Virus record (IMG/VR): IMGVR_UViG_3300032304_002326
Span: 14,588 to 78,587 of that record
Length of the DNA: 64,000 bases
Reading direction: 5' to 3' (one strand)
Source: a virus
Made by a program: the position numbers and the translations under genes. Positions 48,551 through 57,891 of this stretch are shown here, in pieces. The notes under the pieces are model-generated. The model was not told the DNA's origin, searched no databases, and worked only from the letters and a program-made list of their open reading frames with translations. Position 1 is the stretch's first letter. Each line of letters starts with the position of its first letter.

Positions 48551-48751
48551 TTACTTATTACCTTTAGTAATTCTAGCAATTGACTCTTCTAATCTAGCAA
48601 TTTTACTTTCAAGTAAGTTAGCTTTATTAGATTCTTGTTCAGCAATCCACTCAACTTTCTTTTTTTCAACTGCTTCTTTTACGATGTTATCGATTAAATC
48701 AACTAATGCTGATTCATTGATTTTTACGGTTTTTTTTGTGATATTTGACAT
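48551..48751 (-). CDS. Small late coiled-coil protein rich in [LIV]-x-E sites
   Basis: INE, VKE, IAE, LLE, LEE; ATATTTAT upstream. Confidence 0.55.
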   Translation of the reverse strand: MSNITKKTVKINESALVDLIDNIVKEAVEKKKVEWIAEQESNKANLLESKIARLEESIARITKGNK

Positions 48752-48838
48752 GTCTTAAAGTTTATAACGTATTTTTATTACTTTTCTATTTTATAAATAT
48801 ATAAAAGTTTTGTAAAGTTATAAAAATATACAATTTTT

Positions 48839-49363
48839 TTAGCATAATTTATCCGCAGCATTTGAAGCTGCAAATGATAATGGTTTAACTTTAAAATCAT
48901 AACCCATACCCAACATATACCCAACCGCTTCACTTAGGGCTTTATTTGAATCAAATTTAACATCTGGATTTATATCTGCATGTACTTCAAGTTTAATATC
49001 ATACAAATCTAAAAGTGGTGAAATCTCACAAGCAATTTCAATAGTTTTAGAAACCTCCTTCATCATTCTTTCTTTAACACCTTCTTTACCTTTCTTTTGG
49101 TTTGCATCAAAATAGGTCGCACCTATTACCATACCACCCTTACCTTTGAATATATCTCTACCAAATTTATCTTTACCGATATTTTCACTTAAAGCAATAA
49201 CAATTGCGGTGGCGAATTGATAACCAACCCCACGTCTTTTTGAATCTGTACCAATACAAACCTTTATTTCATACCCTTTTTCAATTTCTTCATCGAATAC
49301 TTTTTCTAAGTATTCAATCAAAGGTTCATCAATGTAACCTTTTGATGCTCTTTTCCATTTCAT
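48839..49363 (-). CDS. RNase H-like YkuK (DUF458) family protein
   Basis: 'IGTDS', 'EV.KTIE', 'LEVHADIN', 'VKP.SFAASNAADK'. Confidence 0.75.
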   Translation of the reverse strand: MKWKRASKGYIDEPLIEYLEKVFDEEIEKGYEIKVCIGTDSKRRGVGYQFATAIVIALSENIGKDKFGRDIFKGKGGMVIGATYFDANQKKGKEGVKERMMKEVSKTIEIACEISPLLDLYDIKLEVHADINPDVKFDSNKALSEAVGYMLGMGYDFKVKPLSFAASNAADKLC

Positions 49364-49409
49364 AACTTATTAATTTTTATTTTTTTATTATAATAAAAAA
49401 CCCCCAAGT

Positions 49410-50810
49410 TTATTGGGGGTCTACTATTTGTGTATTTGGTAACAACCTTTTTAATTTTTGGTAGTTATCATCCCCAATGTCGTTTAAACTTACTGCGACT
49501 CTATGTAAACACCCCCCATTTGATTTATCTAAGTATTTAATCGTATCTGGTATTTCATTTATTTTATTACCCAAGATATTTAAAAATACTAATTTTTTTA
49601 AATTACCAATTTCTTGAGGTATGCTGGTTAATTTATTATCCCTAACAACCATAACCTCAAGATTCTGTAAAGTACAGACTGATGGATGAATTGATACTAA
49701 ATTAGTATTATTCATTTCCAACGTCTCCAAATTCTTAAACTTACTCAAATCCCCCATTTTAGGTACTTCCCTATCTTTAAATATTATAATTGGTGTAGTT
49801 TCTTCCATTATTTCAAATAAACTGTCACTAAACCCAAATTTAATTAAATGATTCAAATACTGGTTATTATTTACAGACTTGACCATTCGTGAAAGGTCTA
49901 ATAATATTTCTTGAAAATAATTACTTAACCCATCACTGTTCATCAAAACTTTGTCATAAAGACTCGTATTTGAAAAATCATTTTTTCTATCTTTAACCTG
50001 GTCACTTTCAAAATGAATCTGATACAAAGAATCATCATTTACCTTACCAGAAAAAAATTCATTATTAATAATTATGTATATTTTTGATTTTTTACCATTT
50101 GGTACCTTATAATTATTCGTATAATGTTGAAACATACCATTACCAGATTTACAAGTGCACCAGTTTGCAAATGAATCAAAAACAACACTAGCATCCCTAG
50201 TTAATGGAACATAAACAGTATATTTTCTATCCCTAACACCAATTTCAGCTTGACCTGAATCTACAAATTTATATAACAATTGCTCAATACCAGATGCATC
50301 TCTAACAATAAACGGGTCAACAGCATCATATAACTGACTTAATGACTTATATTGATTAATATCTGTTGGGTCCGAAATGTTTTTTAATACATAACTACCG
50401 CTGCATAAATTTTTGAATTTTTGTTTCCTCTTATTGGCTTCAAATATCCCCAAATATTCTTTAGCAAGGGGTAAATCCTCAACACCAAATCTAACCGCCT
50501 CAACATATTTACCATTTTTTAGTAAACGTTGGAAAGTATTTAACATCCATTGTGTATACATTTTATTTGGTGTTGGGTCAGAATCAACCATAGTATCAAA
50601 CATATTTTTTGATATACTAAAATACGATTTTACTTTATCACCAACATCGATAGTTGATACAATAACCAAACAATCATCATCATCAGATGTTATCTTAATT
50701 ACATCGTAACCATCTGAATTTAATTTTGTTACCTTAGACTCTAAATTCTTAGAATCAAAGATATCAAATTTATCAGATAAAAATTTTAATCTTTCTGTGA
50801 TTGATGACAT
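49410..50810 (-). CDS. Phage protein with N-terminal domain of unknown function and C-terminal leucine-rich repeats
   Basis: 'LETLEMNNTNL', 'NKLTSIPQEIGNLKKLVFLNILGNKINEIP'. Confidence 0.75.
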   Translation of the reverse strand: MSSITERLKFLSDKFDIFDSKNLESKVTKLNSDGYDVIKITSDDDDCLVIVSTIDVGDKVKSYFSISKNMFDTMVDSDPTPNKMYTQWMLNTFQRLLKNGKYVEAVRFGVEDLPLAKEYLGIFEANKRKQKFKNLCSGSYVLKNISDPTDINQYKSLSQLYDAVDPFIVRDASGIEQLLYKFVDSGQAEIGVRDRKYTVYVPLTRDASVVFDSFANWCTCKSGNGMFQHYTNNYKVPNGKKSKIYIIINNEFFSGKVNDDSLYQIHFESDQVKDRKNDFSNTSLYDKVLMNSDGLSNYFQEILLDLSRMVKSVNNNQYLNHLIKFGFSDSLFEIMEETTPIIIFKDREVPKMGDLSKFKNLETLEMNNTNLVSIHPSVCTLQNLEVMVVRDNKLTSIPQEIGNLKKLVFLNILGNKINEIPDTIKYLDKSNGGCLHRVAVSLNDIGDDNYQKLKRLLPNTQIVDPQ

Positions 50811-50859
50811 TATTATATTTTTTACAAATATACTAAATTTTATTTACAATATCAATATA

Positions 50860-51195
50860 TCATATAAATCTATTCACACAATCATCTTCAATAAAGGTTT
50901 CAATTATTGATTTTAACACAAAAAATAAATTGCTATTAATAAAAAACTTATTTACCATTTCAAGCATAACTAAATTTGTGTTTTCACCATCAGTTATTCT
51001 GTATTTAACTTCTTCAAAATAGGTGTACTCACCTATTTTTATTAACTCGTTCATAATTACATTATAAACTTCCCATCTATCAAGATACTCTTCTTCAGAA
51101 TTATTTATTGAGTTTATTGCGAAATCTCGGTATAATTTATCTAGTTTACTAAACTTACCAGAACCCGATTTAATTGTTAAATTAAAATTATTCAT
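50860..51195 (-). CDS. Hypothetical protein (paralog of 51279..51599)
   Basis: Shared W..YN....EL...E..Y..T.....N pattern. Confidence 0.6.
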   Translation of the reverse strand: MNNFNLTIKSGSGKFSKLDKLYRDFAINSINNSEEEYLDRWEVYNVIMNELIKIGEYTYFEEVKYRITDGENTNLVMLEMVNKFFINSNLFFVLKSIIETFIEDDCVNRFI

Positions 51196-51278
51196 CTGTC
51201 TATATTTTAGTCAGTGTTATTTATTACATAAATATCTTACAACACTAGATAAATCTATAAACTTACTATAATTTTATA

Positions 51279-51599
51279 TTAAAAATTGTTTATTTTATTG
51301 TATAATCTATAAAGCTCTGGGCTTAAGTTTTTAATATCGTAAATAACTTCAATACACGCTTCATTTGGTGGTGAATCTTCAGTTAATTTATATTGTAATT
51401 CTTTAACTTTAATACCATCTTTAATATTGTGTTTTAATTCCAATATAACTTGATTATAAGTTATCCATTCACGTTTTAACTTTGAATCACCATTGAATAG
51501 GTTGTCAGTTAATTTATTCTCATATTCGTGCTCCAAATAAGTATTAAAGGGACCATAGACCTCTCTCAATTTTTCCCTTATTTTAGATTTTAGATTCAC
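51279..51599 (-). CDS. Hypothetical protein with 'IREKLRE' leader (paralog of 50860..51195)
   Basis: GTG start; shared motif. Confidence 0.6.
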   Translation of the reverse strand: MNLKSKIREKLREVYGPFNTYLEHEYENKLTDNLFNGDSKLKREWITYNQVILELKHNIKDGIKVKELQYKLTEDSPPNEACIEVIYDIKNLSPELYRLYNKINNF

Positions 51600-51609
51600 G
51601 ACATCAGAC

Positions 51610-51957
51610 TTACTTAAGAGTTACATTCTTAGATAAGTGACCACCATCAATTTTACCATGATACCAGTCGTCAATTACTTGTTTAAGGAAATCATCACCA
51701 CAAACTTCATGATATTTGTATTTCAAATATTCTAAAAGTTCTTTAGCCTCAATTAAACTATCATCAACTTTAACTTTAAATCTAGGTTTTTCATTATAAT
51801 CATGATAGTCTTTAACTACAGCAGTAACTTTTTCGTAATTTTTATCTAAGTCAGTTAAAACATTATCCAATACAATATTAAAATGACTCTCCTTAAGTAA
51901 TGGTTTAAAGAGCCTATTATATTGCGATTCCGTTATTATTATTTTTTTTGTCATCAT
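51610..51957 (-). CDS. Hypothetical late protein with 'KIIITESQ' leader
   Basis: ATATTTAT immediately upstream. Confidence 0.6.
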   Translation of the reverse strand: MMTKKIIITESQYNRLFKPLLKESHFNIVLDNVLTDLDKNYEKVTAVVKDYHDYNEKPRFKVKVDDSLIEAKELLEYLKYKYHEVCGDDFLKQVIDDWYHGKIDGGHLSKNVTLK

Positions 51958-52007
51958 TATATAAATATCTATTTAAAATAAAAAAGCGGGGTGAACCCGC
52001 TTTAATT

Positions 52008-52316
52008 TTATTGAATAAATTGTCTTAGATTATCTATGGGCTGCACCCCAAGTAGTTTTTTATCAACCTTACCATCCTTAAATAATACTAATGCTGGAAT
52101 ACTCCTAATAAAATACTCAACTGCTAGAGATTGGTTTTCATCAATATTTATTTTTGCAATTAAAACTGAATCCGTTTCATCCGCTAAAACATCTAAAACT
52201 GGTGCAATCATTTTACATGGGCCACACCAAGGTGCCCAAAAGTCAACTAAAACTGGTTTTTCTGAATTTAAAACCAGTTCTACAAAATTTGTAACATTTA
52301 CTTCTACTACTTTCAT
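52008..52316 (-). CDS. trxA: Thioredoxin
   Basis: 'VLVDFWAPWCGPCKMIAP'. Confidence 0.95.
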   Translation of the reverse strand: MKVVEVNVTNFVELVLNSEKPVLVDFWAPWCGPCKMIAPVLDVLADETDSVLIAKINIDENQSLAVEYFIRSIPALVLFKDGKVDKKLLGVQPIDNLRQFIQ

Positions 52317-52332
52317 AAGATTTATTTATTTA

Positions 52333-52668
52333 TTAAATATTTTTAGATAAACTAAAAACTGAATTTACTGCGGATATTGATTGATGTGTTTTAAGCCAAT
52401 ATTTATTAAATAAAAATTTATACATATAATCTGCTGATTCACTATTAGTTAAACCAAAAAATTTAGATAACCTATCCATTGTGATACTTAATATAAATCT
52501 TTCACCTTTATTAAAATTTGCGTTTCCACTTATTAATTTTAATGATAATGAATTACATAGTGTTGTAAATTTTTCATAAGAAAGTTTACTCTTTTTTGAT
52601 GACTGCTTATGGGCATCATACAAAAAATCACATAAATGATACAAAACTATATTATCAAAATTACTCAT
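52333..52668 (-). CDS. Hypothetical protein
   Basis: ORF. Confidence 0.55.
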   Translation of the reverse strand: MSNFDNIVLYHLCDFLYDAHKQSSKKSKLSYEKFTTLCNSLSLKLISGNANFNKGERFILSITMDRLSKFFGLTNSESADYMYKFLFNKYWLKTHQSISAVNSVFSLSKNI

Positions 52669-52753
52669 AAAATTAATATTTACTTTTTTTTGTAAAATTA
52701 CATTTTTTAAAATTAAAAAACAATATTTAATTATATAAACGTTTTAAAAATGA

Positions 52754-53062
52754 ATGAAGAAGTTACGACCACATAAAAAAACGAATGGGAAGAATTTGGT
52801 TACCACCTTACAGCCGTATTCTGACGATATTATTGAAGGGTTAATATTCAAGTATCTAAAGTCAGTATATCCAGTATCTAGAACAAAATTTGACGGTAAA
52901 TTTAAACGAACTATAATGATTGATGGTAATACATACTCCGTATCACAAAGTAAACAAAAATTTATACCAAGATTAATCAATGATATTTCAAAAACTTTTG
53001 CAATTAACCAAATCGAAACTAAAATAATAATATTTAATTACTTTAAAATTAAACCTGTCTAG
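52754..53062 (+). CDS. Hypothetical basic protein
   Basis: ORF. Confidence 0.55.
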   Translation: MKKLRPHKKTNGKNLVTTLQPYSDDIIEGLIFKYLKSVYPVSRTKFDGKFKRTIMIDGNTYSVSQSKQKFIPRLINDISKTFAINQIETKIIIFNYFKIKPV

Positions 53063-53216
53063 ATTTATCATTAATATATAATTGGTACAAATAATAAACA
53101 AATAATAGTACTGCTAATATAAATTTTGTACTGATATGTCCAAGGTTTGAATACATTAGATATAATGCTAATATCACCATAGCATGTAAGAATAACCTAT
53201 AAACGTTAATTACCAT
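53049..53216 (-). CDS. Small two-TM membrane protein (55 aa), not in ORF track
   Basis: MVINVYRLFLHAMVILALYLMYSNLGHISTKFILAVLLFVYYLYQLYINDKSRQV*; start overlaps upstream gene end. Confidence 0.55.
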   Translation of the reverse strand: MVINVYRLFLHAMVILALYLMYSNLGHISTKFILAVLLFVYYLYQLYINDKSRQV

Positions 53217-53785
53217 GATTTAACTTTTTTAAATTTTAGTTCTGAAATATATGTGTAATTTTGGTTATTAATAGATGCATAACCTTCTTGTATGTAAAAA
53301 TATGCGGTGGAATCTGAAAAGTTACAAATTGTTGCACTAATAGGTCTAGTTGAACCACCCATTTGCATTGTTGATGTAGTTGATTGTGGATTCTCCATAA
53401 TTGTCCAATTATTTTTAGTTACATAAAATCCATATGGGTTTAAAGTATCACCATTTAAAGCAAACCTACCATAACCTGGAACCACTGGAGGCGCATAGAA
53501 AGACCAAGTAGTAACATTAAGTTCAATCACCTCAATTGGAATATCTGAACCATTGTAATCTAAACTACTAACAGTTTTACCTGGACCAAAATGGTTATAT
53601 TTAGTTTTCTGACCAGTTTCTAAATTTTCCATATACATGGAACCACCAACTAATACCCATTCACCATATATAACGATTTCCTGACCAATACCAACTGGGG
53701 GTTGCGTATTTGGTTGTATGTTTTGTTTATTGCAAGAAGTTAAGACTAAACTTGTGCAAATAATAAGATAAATTAGACTTTTCAT
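53210..53785 (-). CDS. Lipoprotein
   Basis: Signal MKSLIYLIICTSLVLTS-C lipobox; TACATTTG promoter at 53810-17 upstream. Confidence 0.7.
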   Translation of the reverse strand: MKSLIYLIICTSLVLTSCNKQNIQPNTQPPVGIGQEIVIYGEWVLVGGSMYMENLETGQKTKYNHFGPGKTVSSLDYNGSDIPIEVIELNVTTWSFYAPPVVPGYGRFALNGDTLNPYGFYVTKNNWTIMENPQSTTSTMQMGGSTRPISATICNFSDSTAYFYIQEGYASINNQNYTYISELKFKKVKSW

Positions 53786-53845
53786 TTTGTATATTTTAAT
53801 ATTATAATACAAATGTAAGAATAATATTTTAATTTACCAAATTTT

Positions 53846-54289
53846 TTAAGATAAATTTAATGATTTTATGTCAGAAAATAAATTTTTGGTAGTTTCATTA
53901 TCATCAACTAGTGAATCTAAATCCATTAATATTGATGATATAGCATTTATTTTATCATAGTTCTTGTAATTCAAACTATCTAAGTTATGATGTATTGCCA
54001 CCCATTTGTCAAAATAAGCATCATCACCAAATGATTTGAAATACTTATCCATATCATTACCAATCTTATGTTGCTCACTATCCAAATTATCAGATTTTTG
54101 AATAAGTAATTTAACATCAATTTCACCATTTAATAATTCAGCTAAACTAATAAAATTAATATCAGTGTAAAACTTATTTAAAGCTTTATTAACAGCACTA
54201 ATTCTGTTAGTGAATTGATTAAGTACATCTTCATTTTCTTTAATCAACTTTAATAATTGCAATTGGTTTTCAGTAAGTATAATTTTCAT
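53846..54289 (-). CDS. Hypothetical late protein with 'KIILTENQ' leader
   Basis: ATATTTAT at 54305-12. Confidence 0.6.
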   Translation of the reverse strand: MKIILTENQLQLLKLIKENEDVLNQFTNRISAVNKALNKFYTDINFISLAELLNGEIDVKLLIQKSDNLDSEQHKIGNDMDKYFKSFGDDAYFDKWVAIHHNLDSLNYKNYDKINAISSILMDLDSLVDDNETTKNLFSDIKSLNLS

Positions 54290-54336
54290 AGTAACTATTT
54301 ATTGATAAATATTCAAAAATATCAACTTGTTCAAAA

Positions 54337-54825
54337 TTATTTTGTTAAATTTTTTGGAACCAACCTTACTTTAAAAAATTTCTTAAATTGATACCTTGGT
54401 ATTAAATACCCTTTTGTATTACTACCTAAATCACCACTATTATTATGCGTTTTAAATTTATTTTCAGATATTAATTTCCTTAATTTATTTGATTTTATAT
54501 ACCATATTTCGTTAAAGTGTTTAAAGTAAGTTACAAACCATTCTGCTTTAGTAACTGAAATTCCACTTTGTTTACCCCTAGACTCAAATTCAATAAAAAT
54601 ATTTCCAGTATCTAAATCTGGTCTACAAAATACATCAGTTTTAATCTCATAACTAACTAATTTATAACCTGGAAGTAACCTAATCGGCATTTCCATTATT
54701 AAATCATGTGAATTATCTTTGTTATCACCAATGAATCGACCACCGACTGATTCTAAGTCCAATCTTACAGTATATTCACCCTCTTCCCCAAGTATAATAT
54801 CCTTTTCAAAATTATAATTTGCCAT
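54337..54825 (-). CDS. PD-(D/E)xK nuclease-like protein
   Basis: 'HDL...YEIKTD......TGNIFIEFESRGK.SGI..TKA'. Confidence 0.6.
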   Translation of the reverse strand: MANYNFEKDIILGEEGEYTVRLDLESVGGRFIGDNKDNSHDLIMEMPIRLLPGYKLVSYEIKTDVFCRPDLDTGNIFIEFESRGKQSGISVTKAEWFVTYFKHFNEIWYIKSNKLRKLISENKFKTHNNSGDLGSNTKGYLIPRYQFKKFFKVRLVPKNLTK

Positions 54826-54878
54826 AAATGCAAATATATGTAAATTTTATTAATTAATCAAATATTTATTGATATATT

Positions 54879-55634
54879 ATGAGAGATTTTATTCAAAATA
54901 AATTAAGATTATTATTTGAGATGGTATCCGATAGGGATAGTGATTTAGATATTCCACCAATTATTAAATATGGTGGTCCAAGCCATGGTTACGAAGCTGA
55001 AGATATATTTTTCATGTTAAATGTTGCTAATAATTTGGCTAATCAAATGCCACCCGAAACATTGGCAACAACTTATGGTAATGGTGGGTATGAATACATG
55101 TTATCACAAACAAGTAGTGGTAATTTTATATTCAGAGGTAAACCAACAACAAAGTATTTTGAACCAGGTGATTTCAAATTATCAGATAGTGGTAAAGTAT
55201 TATACATGTATACAATGGGTTGTTCAAAATATTCTGAAACACCATGTACAACAATATATAACCCAATGGTAGATTCAAAAATAAAAATATTAGTTGACCC
55301 AAGTATGAAACAAGCAATTATGGATTTTGTAAAAGGTGGTTCTGGTTATCTAGATGATAAGGGTGAAGAAATAAGAGCTGCAAAAATGTCATCAGATGAA
55401 TTGGAAAAATTAGCTAATAAAGAAGATTTATACACAAAAAGAAGTTTACAATCAAAAAATTATGATACTGATGAACTTGAAATTAGAAATAAATTAAATG
55501 ATTTGAAATTAGCTAGATTAAAATCAAAAGACCAAACTGAAATTAAAAAGATTAGAGGTATTGAAGGACAATTAACAGTTCAGTTAAGAGCTATTGAAAA
55601 AGAAAAAAACAAAAGAAGAAGTAGTAATATATGA
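54879..55634 (+). CDS. Hypothetical late protein with 'IQNKLR' leader
   Basis: MRDFIQNKLRLLFE; ATATTTAT at 54862-69. Confidence 0.6.
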   Translation: MRDFIQNKLRLLFEMVSDRDSDLDIPPIIKYGGPSHGYEAEDIFFMLNVANNLANQMPPETLATTYGNGGYEYMLSQTSSGNFIFRGKPTTKYFEPGDFKLSDSGKVLYMYTMGCSKYSETPCTTIYNPMVDSKIKILVDPSMKQAIMDFVKGGSGYLDDKGEEIRAAKMSSDELEKLANKEDLYTKRSLQSKNYDTDELEIRNKLNDLKLARLKSKDQTEIKKIRGIEGQLTVQLRAIEKEKNKRRSSNI

Positions 55635-56029
55635 AACACTTTATAAAACAATTACTTAGAGAAGAAATTGAAGTGATGCCAAAAAAGGCAATTGTTCAAA
55701 AATTCATGGATTTTGTAATTGACCATCTTGGTATTGATGGTAAAGTTAATGTTGTTTTAACTAACCACAAAAATGATATTAAAACTACAGCTTATTATGA
55801 TTACACAAAACCTTTAATAAAAATCTACATTAAAAATAGGGCAATTGTTGATATCTTAAGGTCAATTGCTCATGAAATGGTTCACCACATGCAAATGCAA
55901 CGTGGTGAACTTAAAAACAACCCAAACGCTGGTGATGACGGTTCCCCACAAGAAAATGAAGCAAATGCTAAAGCTGGTGAATTAATCAGAATATTTGGTA
56001 GACAAAATCCTGAAATTTACGAATCTTAA
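55631..56029 (+). CDS. Zincin-like (HExxH) metallopeptidase with 'IKQLLRE' leader
   Basis: 'LRSIAHEMVHHMQ...ENEAN'. Confidence 0.7.
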   Translation: MKHFIKQLLREEIEVMPKKAIVQKFMDFVIDHLGIDGKVNVVLTNHKNDIKTTAYYDYTKPLIKIYIKNRAIVDILRSIAHEMVHHMQMQRGELKNNPNAGDDGSPQENEANAKAGELIRIFGRQNPEIYES

Positions 56030-57171
56030 AATACGTCATCTAACAAATTATCAAGTTCAAAAATACGACTAGACCCTGGATTTGTATGCACTTCCATACC
56101 ATTAAACTTATATAATTCACCTTTTACCTTATCATATAAATTTTCTGGTGCATTAGAATTCTTATAACCCCTAAATTGCGCAATTACTAATGCTAACTTA
56201 GTGTGGTTATTAACCCACTTGGTATTCAATTCTAACGTATAACCGTCAATACTATAAATACCACAATTACCATTATCAACCTTACCAACATATGTTGCAA
56301 CACAGTGGTCATTTTTTCTACCTTCAATATTCATCTCCTTAGTAGTTCTCAACAAATTAAAACCACTTTCATCAGCAAACTTAATAAACATATCATTAAC
56401 ACCCATTAATCTATCACCTTCAGTAAATACAATATCAGTTATTTCCTTTGACCACACATCATGTTCTTCTTTTAATCTTCTTGCTGACCAAGAACAATTA
56501 ACTTTTCTATCCAATGTTTTTGCCATTTTTACAGTATCGTAAAAAATACCAAAATCATAAGTAGGTAGTGTGTTATGTAAGTTCTCAACATTAACAAGAT
56601 ATTCAATATAATATTTCAAGTATTTAGCTTGGTAACTTTGATTTCTCATACTATATAAAAGTTTTGCAGCTGGTGACGGGAGTTTATATTGGTGCTTCAA
56701 TGCCTTATCCAATGAAAATAATTTCTTACTATATATCGTATTAAATGAAACTGATTTTATAACATCATGTTCAGTCATATATCTAAGCCATGGTAATCTA
56801 CTAACCAACTCAACTATAATAATGTTATAATGTTCACAACTTTGTAAATGATTATAAGTTAATGGTTTAATACCCAGTTTGCTTTTAAAGTAAAACTTAT
56901 TACCCTTTTTTATTATAGAAAAAACTTTGGATTCTCTATTGTACATTCTACTGGTTTTACTTATACCATAGTTTCTTCTAAAGTATACAATATTAAAATC
57001 ACCATTTGGTTCCTCAAAAACACCCAACCTGATTTTATTAAAAACTGATGAATTTTCATTCATGAAATATACCCTAGCATTAAATTTGCTTTTTTCATAA
57101 ATTTTAAATAGTGTATCAACACTTGTAGTTTGGTGATTATACAATTCCTTATAAACAGCTTCTTTACTCAT
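56026..57171 (-). CDS. PcfJ-like domain protein
   Basis: 'LKEEHD', 'EGRKNDHCVATY', 'TLEL', 'QFRGYKN'. Confidence 0.7.
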   Translation of the reverse strand: MSKEAVYKELYNHQTTSVDTLFKIYEKSKFNARVYFMNENSSVFNKIRLGVFEEPNGDFNIVYFRRNYGISKTSRMYNRESKVFSIIKKGNKFYFKSKLGIKPLTYNHLQSCEHYNIIIVELVSRLPWLRYMTEHDVIKSVSFNTIYSKKLFSLDKALKHQYKLPSPAAKLLYSMRNQSYQAKYLKYYIEYLVNVENLHNTLPTYDFGIFYDTVKMAKTLDRKVNCSWSARRLKEEHDVWSKEITDIVFTEGDRLMGVNDMFIKFADESGFNLLRTTKEMNIEGRKNDHCVATYVGKVDNGNCGIYSIDGYTLELNTKWVNNHTKLALVIAQFRGYKNSNAPENLYDKVKGELYKFNGMEVHTNPGSSRIFELDNLLDDVF

Positions 57172-57191
57172 AATTATAATATTTAGTTTTG

Positions 57192-57270
57192 CAAATATAA
57201 GTAGATTTATTCAATTATCAAAATTTTTTGTAAAATATTTTGCACAATCAAAAAATAAACCCTATATTTG
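57192..57270. promoter_or_regulatory. Divergent pair of Bacteroidota-type -33/-7 promoters
   Basis: Plus: TTTG 57239-42, 20 nt, TATATTTG 57263-70; minus: TTTG 57219-22, 19 nt, TATATTTG 57192-99. Confidence 0.7.
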
Positions 57271-57289
57271 TACCATAAAAATAAATTTT

Positions 57290-57544
57290 ATGCCAGATTT
57301 TTACGTAGACGACCTAGATATATCACCAAGTGCTTTTGTTGATGCTTGCTCAAAAAGAGAAATAGCAGAATTAATAGAAATATTAATTGAAGATGGTTAT
57401 GTTGATAATCAATCAATTTTAAAAACTAACGGAACATATGATGATGAATCATATACCAAAGCATTAATTAAATTAAGTGAATCAAGACGTAGATTAACCA
57501 ATGAAGAAGAAGAAATAATTAAAAAAATCGCAGAAAGACTATGA
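57290..57544 (+). CDS. Hypothetical protein
   Basis: First ORF of operon. Confidence 0.65.
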   Translation: MPDFYVDDLDISPSAFVDACSKREIAELIEILIEDGYVDNQSILKTNGTYDDESYTKALIKLSESRRRLTNEEEEIIKKIAERL

Positions 57545-57888
57545 AAGTATCATTCGACTTTGATTCAACACTTTCCGAAGAAAAAAATCAAAAATTAGCC
57601 AAAAAATTTATAGATGCTGGTCATGAAGTATGGATTACAACATCCAGGTTATCAACCGAACACGGTAGGTCAAAAGGGTGGCCTTGGATTATCACACAAA
57701 ATGAATACCTATTTGAAATAGCTGAAAAGCTTGGAATACCAAAAGATAAAATAAAATTCACAGAAGGTGAGGATAAATGGAAATCATTATATAACTTTGA
57801 TATTCATTTCGATGATGATAATGTTGAAATTGAACTAATTAAAGAAAATCAACCTGATTGTTGTGGTGTATTAATTAATAAAAAATAA
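57541..57888 (+). CDS. HAD-superfamily phosphatase-like protein
   Basis: 'VSFDFDSTL', 'WITTSR', 'K', 'IHFDDD'. Confidence 0.7.
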   Translation: MKVSFDFDSTLSEEKNQKLAKKFIDAGHEVWITTSRLSTEHGRSKGWPWIITQNEYLFEIAEKLGIPKDKIKFTEGEDKWKSLYNFDIHFDDDNVEIELIKENQPDCCGVLINKK

Positions 57889-57891
57889 AAT

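Noticed and set aside
52333-53062. Possible paralogy of the divergent pair 52333..52668 and 52754..53062
   Set aside because: Only a weak C-terminal resemblance; not supportable without profile comparison.
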